Of a DNA stretch of 64,000 nucleotides, positions 12,096 to 24,185 are shown in pieces. The position numbers were made by a program, and so were the translations under genes. The stretch comes from Atractiella rhizophila (taxonomy: Eukaryota), in assembly GCA_021432655.1 (NCBI GenBank), contig MU271189.1:62001-126000 (forward strand). Reading direction: 5' to 3'. The notes beneath the pieces are model-generated. The model did not search any database, was not told the DNA's origin, and saw only the letters and a list, made by a program, of their open reading frames with translations. Each line of letters opens with the position of its first letter. Position 1 is the stretch's first letter.

Positions 12096-14605
12096 ATGTC
12101 GTATCCTAAGGAGGTTGATTACATTCTCATTGGTGGCAAGTCTTTGCTCTTTTGCTAGGCCGGGTTCAAATTACTGTAACGTGCAGGAGGCGCTTCTTCA
12201 ATCACTTTCCTAGCTCGAATTGCTCCCGCAAATGCGCAGTTCACTTTTTTAGTCCTTGAACGAGGGGGAGTTGCCGTCAATGATGACACTGTTCAGAATC
12301 CCTCTAAGTTTGCGAGCCATTTAGCGCCAGGGGCAAAGTATACACATTTTGTTGAAGCCCAGCTGGATCAAAGAACAACAGTTATCGCTCAAGGTTGGTC
12401 CGCAGAGTGATTCTAGCCACATCGCTCAGCTTTAGCAGGCAACGCAGTCGGAGGCAGTTCCATCATCAATGGAACAGTATACTCGCGAGGTTAGTGCCTT
12501 GGCCAACCGAACTTCAGATGTTCAGCTATAACCAGGCAGCAAATCGGAATTCGATGAGTGGAAGCAAGATGGATGGCGCTTTAACGACCTGCTCCCATAT
12601 TTCAAAAAGGTATGATCCTCACGTTTGTTTTCGTCAGACTGATTTGGCCATTACACAAGGTTGAAGACTATCACGCACCATTGAATGACAAGGATCTGCA
12701 CGGACTGGACGGAAACTTGAAAGCGAGCAACTCACCTCTCAAGCGATGGGTCAGAGCTAATAGTGTCAACAGGTTTGCGCAACAAAAACATCTCGATATG
12801 CCGAGGAGTGGCTTCGGATCGTAGAAGAATCTGGCGTTCCTAACACGAAAGAGTAGGTGTTGTCGCTTCAATCTCGAAAAACATTTTACCCAAACTGGCA
12901 GTTTCCATGATTTCAATACTTCTAATGGATGTTCTACAATCAAGCAATTCAAAGATCCGGAAACTGGTGTCCGCTCAGATGTAGCGCATTCACTATTGTA
13001 AGGTCAAGGTATCGAAATCTCCATCTAAGGGCTAACACTGAAGCCTTTAGGTACCCTCTTCGTCCACACTTCTATCCCCCGATTGAAGCTCTCCCGTCAG
13101 ACCATCGTAGCAATGTTCACATTGTGTATTCTACCGAGGCGTCTCGCATTCTGCTCAGAAATGGCAAGGCGGACGGTGTTGAGTTCGACGGGAGGGTTAT
13201 TCGAGCAAGACGTCTCGTAATCCTATCAGCTGGAGCTTTGGCGTCACCTCTGGTCCTCGAGCGAAGTGGTATCGGAAAGAGAAATGTGCTGGAAAGTGCC
13301 GGTATAGAGCTGAAGGTGGAGAACCATGGCGTGGGAGAGAAGTACGCTTCTCATCATTCCTTTCAAGCAAGTTTTGAGACCTGAGTAAACCGTAGCTACA
13401 TGGATCACATTGGTCAGGCTTTTGTCTTATTGTTTCGATGTTATCTCTCATGAAACGCGGGTTTAGGTCTATATGTATTTTACCGTGGTCCGGTTGATGA
13501 CAAAGAGCTGCAGCTTATCGATGACACTGCTGTAGGAGTGGATGCTGGTATGCCAAGGTTATCGCTGTCGCATGGGCTAATCTGCTCCAACAGGTGCTAA
13601 ACTTAGCATGACAGGTCAAGAAGTGCAGAAAACTTCGCCTGACTTTCAAAAGCACTGGAACAGAAGCATTCACCCCTATCCTGATCGCGCAATGTGTTGG
13701 ATCGGATTTGCCCCAGTGCGCCTCAGATCTGTTGCTATCTTCTTTCGACAGTGAGCTGAACACCATCGCAGATCCCGTTAGGTGACCCAACGCCTTTCGG
13801 TAAAGGACGGTTCTATACCTGCGGTTTGCTGAATCTATTTTGTGATTTTGCATTAACTGATCACCTCTCTTTAAGGTGGATACATCAACCACTTGTCCTC
13901 GCGAGGTATGGTCTCTGCTTTCTGCTTGGTAGAATAATCTAAGTAATCGATACAGGATCGATTCACATCTCCGGCTCTGCGCCGGAATCTAAACCAATCT
14001 TCAAGCCAGGTTTATCAACTGTAGACTTGGAGGGACTCGCCTGGATATATAAAAGGTCACGGGAGATCAATCGTCGCCTCTCCTGCTACCGTGGGGAACC
14101 AGCAGCAGCGCACCCACGGTTTCCTCCAGGATCGCCTGCAAGCATTCAAGAATTTACAGACGGTCCAGTTCCTTTTGACGAGAAACCGATCGTCTATTCT
14201 GACGAGGATGAAGAGGCACTGATACAATATGTTTCTGATGCACTTTTTTACACTTGGTATATTCCTAAACATCATGGCTTATTCGTCTACTGACTTTGAA
14301 TCCTTTAGGCATGCAGCTGGGACATGTGCCATCGGAAGTGTTATCGACAATCGATTGAATGTTTTGGGGGTGGGCAATCTGAAGGTCGTCGACATGTCTA
14401 TCCTTCCTGCTCACGTTGGAGGTGGGTTGAAGCCCTCTCACGTTTTGAGCAGTATTCATGTTGGGATCAGCAAATACGTATGCCACTGCGTGTATGATTG
14501 GGGAGAAAGCGGCCAGTATTGTTGCTGAAGGTGAGGTGCCCCCATCAAAAAGGGAAGAGGCGCTCACAGTGACTTCTAGACTTCAGTCTTGCCCTCGTCA
14601 AATAG
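12096..14605 (+). CDS. GMC oxidoreductase, alcohol-oxidase-like (AA3_3-like), copy 3
   Basis: MSYPKEVDYILIG/GGASS, VLERG, GNAVGGSSIIN, GALASPLVLERSGIG, YKRSREINRRLSCYRGE, WHAAGTC, NLKVVDMSILP, NTYATACMIGEK. Intron positions are shared with copies 1 and 2. Confidence 0.88.
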
Positions 14606-14749
14606 GGTTCGTCTGGGTGAGTTAAGTATATTTCAGGAAATGGGGGCGAGAAGAACGTCAACGATTATTTGTCTAATGCAACTAAAGTATCCACAAACAG
14701 CACAACAACGAGTAAATAAGCGTCAGTGCACACAATGGCAAGTCTTGAA

Positions 14750-17271
14750 TCAGCGTTTGCGTTTATGACTCTTCTTTTCCTTGACGCTCCCCTTCGTCGT
14801 GCTCTTCCTTCGCTTCTTTCCTTTCCCCGTACCGATTTCACTCTCTTCATCACTACTCGAACTTTTTTCGCTCAGATTTTTCTCCCAATCCAAGATCCGA
14901 TCATCGTCAAGGGTGTTCCCCTGCCTCGTCTTCAACAACGCCTTTTCTGTCGCATCGATATACTGATCTAATATTTCCAGTTCTTTCTCTTCGTCCGCGT
15001 CAACCTCCATAGCTTCCTCCACGTCTGTCGTCTCGGAAGGAAGAGCCGGCAGAGGCACAAGGCTTGTGGAGTCGTCTTCGATATCTCTGATCCACGCCAG
15101 GCCCGCAAAGCGACCGAAACGTCGGTAGCATATGTTTGAACCCCATTCGCCGTACTCTTCTTTAGTCACAAAGTTCTGTAGGAGGGAAGGTGCGCGAGGA
15201 GAAGTGAGCAGCGCGGCGGCAGAATCGAAGGAGGCAGTCGTAGGACTAAGATGGTGTTGTTAGCGAATGGCTGAATGAAAATGAGAAGGTGAACTTTGGA
15301 GGAAGACAGATGTTGATGTCGTATTCTGATGGCGCTAATGGACGGAGGTCCGTCATCCTGCCAGCATTCTTCACTTGTGCACCACCAGTGAAATTAGACG
15401 TACAATCTGTCGCGAAAACCTGGGAATTGAGAACTGCCGCCAATACAAATTATATTATCCCACAACATGCCCCTGTACTCCTCAGGGAACCCTTCAATGA
15501 CCTCTGCAACGCAATCGCTGATGCCCATTTGGTCAAGGCCTGGAGATTCATGAATGCACGATTTTCAAGTGAACGAAGAAAGGACGAACCGATTAGTTCG
15601 GGGTTGAACAGCACCTCAGGAATGGCAAAACGCTCATTTCCCATAATCAGTACTTGGTCTGGCTTTTCTATGCCTTGTATGTTCAACGGTTTTTCACCGG
15701 ATTGGAGGATGTAGCCTAGAGATGTCTTGGCATCCTTTGTTTGGGAAGGTGTGAAGTCGGGAAGAACATATTGTTGCACAACTGAAGAGGGATTGGCTCT
15801 ATAGAACCCTTGAGATGCAAAGTACACTCGGAGAAGAAAATACATACTTCCATGACCGCAGCTGACCCGGAAAGTCTAATGCCACGAAACAACACCGCTC
15901 TTTTACGACGTTCATAACATAGGTCTGATCCATCATATACCACTGTCTAAAACTGACAAGTTCTTTCAAGTGGTTTGTCAAGAGCTTTCCGCCTACATCA
16001 ATCCTGCGCCAGATACAATGGTCATGTTTCCTCTTCTTAAAGCCTCAGATTACGGCACGAACCGTCGAACGCCTCGCCCAACGACGCGACCCTGAACAAC
16101 AGGTACGATATGCGTGAAACTGTATCCGGCATCAATGACCAGAGCGCATTCTGGCACGATTATATCCTGTTGAGAGGCAGCGGTGGCAGTTTTGGATTTC
16201 CGTTTCCCTTTCTTCTTCTGTTCCGCTACGCCGGAAGGTGGCGGAAGTGGCTGCTTTGCATTCTTGCCATAAAGAGGAGCAGGGTACCATCCCGCCAGCA
16301 ATGCAGCTTATGACCCGAATGAGAACAAAAGGGAAACAGCGAATTTAGGAAGACACACATGGCCCTCGCCAATAGGATTGGAAGCCAAACTCCTCAAATA
16401 CCATCTGGTCGTATGATTCCTGGACATTTGGAAGATTCAGAGGGGGTTCAGTGAGCAGCAGGTCGGTGTCTGTGGTTGTAATCTGCCCAAAATCATGTCA
16501 GAACAGCTAGAAGGAAAGACTGCTGTGATGAGGATGTGTCTGCGTGAACAACTGTTGTCTAGTGGCGACATGTTACGCATCAAAGAGAAGTAATGGCGTT
16601 AAAATACATGGAAAAAATTCATAACTCAAATAAGTTACTAGGACATGAGGACCACAAGAAGTTGACCCAGCCTACATAAAGTTCAGGTCTATATTATAGC
16701 AACCTGATTAGTGAAGAAGACAGTCCGTGAGCTTTGCACTAGAATATGCAGGGGAAGACCTCATCTTAGGGTCAATGATCGTCCACGAGTGCGACGACAG
16801 CGCATAAAGAGTGCTATCAATGTCACGTCAGGCACCTGACTGGCTAAGCATATGAGGAGAAAGTATCTTCATTTATCTTCCTGGTATATGATTTGAGACT
16901 GTTTTGAGTTAGTTATTTGCAATAAGCTGGTATAAGGACGCAACGTCCAAAGAACAGACGAACAAGAGCTGTTCAAGAAGCAAGCGTACCTTTCCGTCCA
17001 ATACGACCCAATCCCAAATCTTCTTCTGCACCTCCCAATCCCGTAAAATCCCCTTCTCAAATGGCAATCTGTATGTTAGTCCAGCAAAGTCATCGCATTC
17101 CTTTTCAAGCTGAGAGCCAATAAAAGTGCGTTTGGGGAAGAGTTTCGAACGCGTTAACGCGTTCGAGCAGATCGTTGCAGAAGGAGCCACTTTTGTGCCA
17201 GGTTGCACAACGGTATGTTTAATACTCGAAGCTCCGTTGTCGAATATCAGAAGAGGCGATACTAGGTCCAT
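14750..17271 (-). CDS. ARP6: Actin-related protein 6 (SWR1 complex), with an extended acidic/basic C-terminus
   Basis: [117 protein letters not shown]. Confidence 0.93.
16483..16989 (-). other. Unusually long (507 nt) hairpin-rich first intron of ARP6
   Basis: GTACGC donor at 16989, TTCTGAC branch point, CAG acceptor at 16485-16483. Splicing joins VLDGK to [14 protein letters not shown] in frame. Confidence 0.85.
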
Positions 17272-17611
17272 TCTGTGATATAAGGGGTGGGGAAACTTAG
17301 GAGCAACGGAGCCGAGCAGGAAAACAAGCTTAAACAAGGCAGGAACAAGGCCTTGTTCCTTCCAAAAGGAGATCTTGTACGTAACCTTTTTTTTATCTGG
17401 TTGTTTGCAAATTTCAGCCTACTGGAAAGGTTAGCTTGTTCGCCCAATCGCCCATAGGTCCGTTAAACACTTGAAATTATTCCTATATTGTGGGTTATAT
17501 ACACAAGTTCAATTACCTTTCGAGCGTCAAGTTTGGTCTCCCCATATTTTCGATTTCAACGCTTGCTAGTTCGCCAACCAAGCTAGCCAAGACTGGAGTG
17601 GAATTCAGTGG

Positions 17612-19905
17612 ATGCCTCCAAAATCGCAACTTACGCGTTGTCTGACATGCCAGTTCTTTGGCACATCCTGCACTATTGCGACCGGACAGCTTGTCTGTGA
17701 TCCCTGTAGAAAAGAAAGCAGGAAGTACATGTTCTGCATCACCATTTTCGACAATTTGACGGTATTGGCAGATGTGTTCGACGGTCCAAGGACCGTAACA
17801 AAGACAGAGGATCTGAGCAGGAGCAGTGAGTGGAGCATTGTCCCACAGGATAGAGAGATACAATCAACATTGCAGATTCCAACTCCCCTCTTCAAAGAAG
17901 TATAACTCTTCCTTAGAGCTCTTGAGGGAGGTCAGGAAGAAAGTAAAGAGGAAAACAGTTGAACACAGGAGATCATCCGCAAAGGATGGAGCCAGCCCAC
18001 GCGATCAAATCCTACAGTATCCTGGGAGAAGCTCCTTAGATTCGCGACTCGGCTTGCGATGTAGAATGAACACTTTGGCAGAACATCTACTATCTGGTCT
18101 GTGACTTCCCTGAGATGCTGATGCCCTGCTCTTACACTAAACTTCTATAGTGAGTTCCATCATCCTCGGCGGTGATGGTGGCTGGATCGGTCCATCCAAC
18201 CGAGAAACGGATTGGACGGCATATTTTGAGCATTCCTTGGACTCCTCAACTATGGAGAGGCAACAATTTGGTCAACTGAAAAAGGTTTGTCAACTCATTA
18301 CTCTTCAACGTCCCTCTCACAGCTACAAAGCTACGCCTGGCAGTATGCTTAGCCGTTGGAGCATCATACACTTCACACTCTGTAAGGCTCATTTCAGCAA
18401 AGAAATCATGAGACAGGCCTGTGGTGATGCTCATCCTATGGCAGGAGATTTTACAATCAGCGTCTTGGAGCTCCATTCCTCAAATTACAGAAACAGAAAA
18501 AGCAGTTGATTTACGAGGGGCAGGCAGAGCCCGACAGCCTTCTGTTCGTCGCCTTGAAGAAGACTGTATTACATTAGCTTGCTCTACCTCGTCTCCTCTT
18601 TTAACACCCTCTGAAGAAAGCCTATCGACGATCTCCACCATTTTGTCAATGTTCCCGCAGGGAGAGCCTAATTCGATGAAATACCTGTTAAACTTAGGAA
18701 TTATTCACTTGAAAACGCTTATGGGGAAAGCAAGCAGTAAGGATGAGAAAAAACGTCTTAGTATGATGTATTCAGAGGTGTTTATGGCAAGTCAATGCTT
18801 CCACTTTGAGGTCTAGTCAAAATGATCTGACTGCATGGTACCCTCAGGATGCGGATAACAAACTTCATGCCCTTTTCAATGGACCTCCATTGCTGTGCGG
18901 GTCCAAACGCATATATTACCCTCCGTGCTCACTCTGGATCCAGAACAGAAAGCGACTATCAGCTCTTGTTCCCGGAACCGCTTTCAACACTTTATCGAGA
19001 CCCGAACGCGTTCTTCTCCACTTCTATGGTAAAACAGATCGCAGAAACGGTTGAAAACGAAGGAGAGGGCGACATCAGCTTCGAGGACATGTGTTTTGCA
19101 TATGTCCAAGCGACCTTGCGTGTATGTGTTATCTGCGGTAGGTCTGAAAATCGATTCGTTTGATCTTGACCAACATTGGCGCAGCCTTCTACTTGAGGGT
19201 GACCCAAGACGAACAACAGGCAGCCCAACTGTGCTCTGCGGTCCTTCGACAGCTCGAGGGTTACGAGACTTGGCGTTCTACCACATTTCGCAAAATTACC
19301 AGGCGATACTTTGAAGAAGAATCGATATTTCAAGGCCCAAACGGGCGAGCTGAGCCCCTTCTGCTCACAGCGACGATGGACAGAAAGTCGGCGAGCGCGT
19401 TATTTCTCCTTCACTCCAATATCCTCTTGACATTGGAACGATTTCCAAACAATCTCACACTTCTTGAAGCACACCGTCGTTGCACGGGAATGGTAGATGA
19501 ACAGATTTCACGCCTCTTCAGCCTCGCGACAGTGTGTTTGGAATATAGGAACTACAACAAAACTGCGACAATCTTCGATGGCTACTATGGACTCGATATC
19601 GCTTTGAGAGGACTAGACTTATTGCCCTTATCCTATCTTTTGAATTGGGTCAGAAAGCAAAACCCCGCCAAACAGAAGGAAACGGAACAGTATGACCTTT
19701 CTATAACACGTAAGGAACTTCTGACTTTGGAATCGACAGCGTCATGAACCGATGCCTCCATCTCGCTTGGTTCGACGTTCAGTGGGTTGAACGTCTCGAC
19801 GCCTTTGAAGAAGGAATGAAAAGAGAAGTGAGTACATGTAAACACCATGATAACGCGCAGATCATTGAAAATAGTCACAGGAATGCAGGTCTCAGGAGCG
19901 CATAA
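17612..19905 (+). CDS. Putative Zn(II)2Cys6-like fungal transcription factor, multi-exon
   Basis: N-terminal C-x2-C-x6-C-x8-C-x2-C-x9-C (RCLTCQFFGTSC..CDPCRKESRKYMFC), followed by a chain of + strand exons separated by short introns. Confidence 0.55.
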
Positions 19906-20176
19906 ACGAACTTGATCCACATTCTTTAACCCCTAAGGAAGGTCTACACATGGATCCGACTTCAATCGGTAATCTTTCAGACTTTTCTCAGACGTTGTCC
20001 CCGTACGATTGGTGTGGCCACTCTTCGTCATCAGATCCAGAACGCACTCCTTCTCCTACGCTATTCGATTTTCGTGAAACACTAAGGTGATATCCAAGAA
20101 TGCATGCTCTTCCAATGTAACATAATGATGAAACAATGACTTCTCTTAAAGTCTGTTCCACTAGGAGATGACGCAC

Positions 20177-21327
20177 CTATGTCTTTCTTCCAAAGTCAGG
20201 CAATTCCTCATCCTCCTCCGCCCTAACCAGAGGTGTCTCATCTCTAAACAGTTGGATACGCGTCATCCTGACCCCATCGCTGCCATCCACAGGTACTTCT
20301 GTCCCAGCCCTGGTCGGCGGCCATTCGCTGATTTCCCTTGTGCTCCCTCTTCTGATTCTAGGCATTTCCGACAGTTCCCTCGTCGTCCCTCGAGATGGAG
20401 GTTCCGGTGTTGGAGCCGGAAGTGGAGGCCAAGGTTCCACTCTGTCGTGCTTTGTCACCGCAAGGTTTTCAAAGACTGAATAGAGACGAGACTAACATGA
20501 CAACAAGAGAGAGACCAAATATTGAGAAACCCTGGTAGGTTACACGTATTTCAGGCTTCTCTTCTTCAGCTTCTTCCTCTTCCGTAACGTTCATGGACAT
20601 TTCCTCGTCTTCTTTTTCATCCATAGGCTCTGCATCTGTCCTAGCAGCCTGAGAGCGCAGAGTCCGTAAATGACGTGGAAGAGGAGGAGGATGCATCTCC
20701 TGCGCCGCTCCATCGTCCTTTGACAGTGCCGGATCGGAAGTCGGAAGACCGGAAACAGGAGGTAGGGACGCATCGTCTTCGTCTTTCACTATGGTTGGCG
20801 GGAGAGGTAAATCACGAGAACCGCTCTCATGCGTGATCTGCACCTCTTCTTCCTCTTCTTTAACAATTCCCTCCGCCGATGGAATAGCGGTCGGTGCGTT
20901 AAACTCCTCGTCTATCTCCAACGAGAACTGTGCACCCTTTGAGGTGAATGATTCCGTCGATGGCCCCTGTGATTGATTGGGAAGTGTCGATGCAAGTTCG
21001 GGTCCTCCGTCCAAATGTTCGACCTCGGTTTCCATGGTGGATGATAGGCCAGCATCAATTTCGCCTTCGCCACCGTTTAGGTCAAATGCAGTGTCTAATC
21101 CTACATCTCGATCTCCTGAAGCATCGCCCTTGAATACTACGTGACGGTTCTACAACGAAGTCACCTTCATCCAGCTCAAGAATAAATCAAGATGGAATGT
21201 TCCCGTGGAAGGCTGACCTTCAGAAGGAGTGCATGTCGTGTATTCATTTTCCTGTTCGCGCAATCTCAGTGGCAGTTAAAAAGAGAGGAAAAAGCGGACC
21301 GAAAGAAATAAGCCATTTGGTAACCAG
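20177..21327 (-). pseudogene. 5'-truncated duplicate of the conserved hypothetical gene at 22083-23787
   Basis: Contains the exons from GYQMAYFF to ELPDFGRKT but lacks the first three exons, which lie outside the duplicated unit. Confidence 0.65.
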
Positions 21328-21360
21328 CTGCGGGCAAAACAAGAATCATTCATGAGTTTA

Positions 21361-21830
21361 CTTCTTGAAGCACACCGTCGTTGCACGGGAATGGTAGATG
21401 AACAGATTTCACGCCTCTTCAGCCTCGCGACAGTGTGTTTGGAATATAGGAACTACAACAAAACTGCGACAATCTTCGATGGCTACTATGGACTCGATAT
21501 CGCTTTGAGAGGACTAGACTTATTGCCCTTATCTTATCTTTTGAATTGGGTCAGAAAGCAAAACCCCGCCAAACAGAAGGAAACGGAACAGTATGACCTT
21601 TCTATAACACGTAAGGAACTTCTGACTTTGGAATCGACAGCGTCATGAACCGATGCCTCCATCTCGCTTGGTTCGACGTTCAGTGGGTTGAACGTCTCGA
21701 CGCCTTTGAAGAAGGAATGAAAAGAGAAGTGCGTACATGTAAACACCATGATGAGGCACAGATCATTGAAAATAGTTACAGGAATGCAGGTCTCAGGAAC
21801 GCATACACGAACTTGATCCACATTCTTTAA
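21361..21830 (+). pseudogene. 3' fragment duplicate of the Zn-cluster-like gene
   Basis: LLEAHRRCTG..NLIHIL* copy begins exactly at the duplication junction. Confidence 0.65.
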
Positions 21831-22082
21831 CCCCTAAGAAAGGTCTACACATGGATCCGACTTCAATCGGTAATCTTTCAGACTTTTCTCAGACGTTGTC
21901 CCCGTATGATTGGTGTGGCCACTCTTCGTCATCAGATCCAGAACGCACTCCTTCTCCTACGCTACTCGATTTTCGTGAAACACTAAGGTGATATCCAAGA
22001 ATGCATGCTCTGCCAATGTACATAATGATGAAACAATGAAGATGCCTCCTCTCAAAGCCTGTCCCACAACGAGATGACGCAC

Positions 22083-23787
22083 CTACGTTTTTCCTCCAAA
22101 GTCAGGTAATTCCTCATCTTCCTCCGCCCTGACCAGAGGTGTCTCGTCTCTAAACAGTTGGATACGCGTGATCCTCACCCCATCGCTGCCATCCACAGGT
22201 ACTTCTGTCCCAGCCCTGGTCGGCGGCCATTCGCTGATTTCCCTTGTGCTCCCTCTTCTGATTCTAGGCATTTCCGACAGTTCCCTCGTCGTCCCTCGAG
22301 ATGGAGGTTCCGGTGTTGGAGCCGGAAGTGGAGGCCAAGGTTCCACTCTGTCGTGCTTTGTCACCGCAAGGTTTTCAAAGACTGAATAGAGACGAGACTA
22401 ACATGACAACAAGAGAGAGACCAAATATTGAGAAACCCTGGTAGGTTACACGTATTTCAGGCTTCTCTTCTTCAGCTTCTTCCTCTTCCGTAACGTTCAT
22501 GGACATTTCCTCGTCTTCTTTTTCATCCATAGGCTCTGCATCTGTCCTAGCAGCCTGAGAGCGCAGAGTCCGTAAATGACGTGGAAGAGGAGGAGGATGC
22601 ATCTCCTGCGCCGCTCCATCGTCCTTTGACAGTGCCGGATCGGAAGTCGGAAGACCGGAAACAGGAGGTAGGGACGCATCGTCTTCGTCTTTCACTATGG
22701 TTGGCCGGAGAGGTAAATCACGAGAACCGCTCTCATGCGTGATCTGCACCTCTTCTTCCTCTTCTTTAACAATTCCCTCCGCCGATGGAATAGCGGTCGG
22801 TGCGTTAAACTCCTCGTCTACCTCCAACGAGAACTGTGCACCCTTTGAGGTGAATGATTCCGTCGATGGCCCCTGTGATTGATTGGGAAGTGTCGATGCA
22901 AGTTCGGGTCCTCCGTCCAAATGTTCGACCTCGGTTTCCATAGTGGATGATAGGCCAGCATCAATTTCGCCTTCGCCACCGTTTAGGTCAAATGCAGTGT
23001 CTAATCCTACATCTCGATCTCCTGAAGCATCGCCCTTGAATACTACGTGACGGTTCTACAACGAAGTCACCTTCATCCAGCTCAAGAATAAATCAAGATG
23101 GAATGTTCCCGTGGAAGGCTGACCTTCAGAAGGAGTGCATGTCGTGTATTCATTTTCCTGTTCGCGCAATCTCAGTGGCAGTTAAAAAGAGAGGAAAAAG
23201 CGGACCGAAAGAAATAAGCCATTTGGTAACCAGCTGCGGGCAAAACAAGAATCATTCATGAGTTTAAGAACTACACGTTGCGAAAAGGATCTGGTAGGAG
23301 CAATGACACGACTGCAGTGTCATATTTGCTCTATTAAAGGTAAACTCGAGCTGAAAACTGCCAGCCCTAAAGGGAACCACTAACCGAACCAACGAAAAAT
23401 TCCAACCTTCAAAAACAAAAAACTTCTCCATTCCTTATAGAAGCAACACACTCACCGCCGCGATAAACATCAATCCTCCCTTTTCCGCTCTCCTTCTTCT
23501 CCTTCTGCAACTTTGGCATCAACCTGGTCCTCAACGCTTGGACCACCCTATCCAGAATCTGCTTGGACATCCAATCGACATGCAGTGGGTCCAGCAGCTG
23601 TCAAATATCATAGGATCTCAGAATTCCTAGCCTTTCTCCTTCAGGGAAAGAGGCAACGAACGAGCAGCAAGCGCAAGCATGCATTTTGGGAGATTCGAAG
23701 GTAGAAGGCATTCCGCTGCCTTGTTGCGGTCAGCAAAAGGTGTAGAAGGAGAGGAGGAACTGCCTACTCGAACTGCCTCTCGCTCAT
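22083..23787 (-). CDS. Conserved fungal-type hypothetical protein; N-terminus weakly reminiscent of SLX4IP/UPF0492
   Basis: Spliced model MSERQFE/RNAFYLRISQNACLRLLL/LLDPLHVDWMSKQILDRVVQALR..DVYRG/AGYQMAYFFR/KMNTRHALLLK..EEKPEIRVTYQGFSIFGLSLVV..VEPWPPLP. The family resemblance is from memory and was not searched. Confidence 0.6.
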
Positions 23788-24185
23788 TCTAAGTCTTTCA
23801 GCCTATTTAACGACACTTCCAAACGTCACAAATATTTGAAGTCTGGCTTGAATTCGTCGTTTCCTGATCTCCATCCATGCGAACATCACGTACGGCGCGT
23901 GTTAACAGACTTCCTCACCTCAGCGTAGTGCTCACCTGAAGTTGGTCAATGCGGGTCAGCCTTGGAATATATGATTGTGGGGAGCATGTCATATTAAACA
24001 ACAGAAGCAAGCCAAGTTTTCATGTGCGTTGGCGACATCGCATACAATTACAAACGTGGAGCAATGAAACGTAATGTTTAACACCGTCACCCTTTTCACA
24101 ACAACAAAACGACACAAACTGATCAATCAGCAAAGCTATACACATCACACCTACACACATCAGCCTTGAGATTCACTCCTGGCTT

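Larger units (their letters stand above)
19460..23266. repeat. Tandem duplication of ~1.9 kb (19460-21360 and 21361-23266)
   Basis: Near-identical sequence with a junction at 21360/21361. Differences are concentrated at ~19830-20270 versus ~21730-22180. Confidence 0.95.

Noticed and set aside
16483..16989. Intronic snoRNA or hammerhead ribozyme in the long introns
   Set aside because: No convincing sense-strand RUGAUGA/CUGA pair, H/ACA spacing or CUGAUGA..GAAA core seen by eye; an Rfam scan is still needed.
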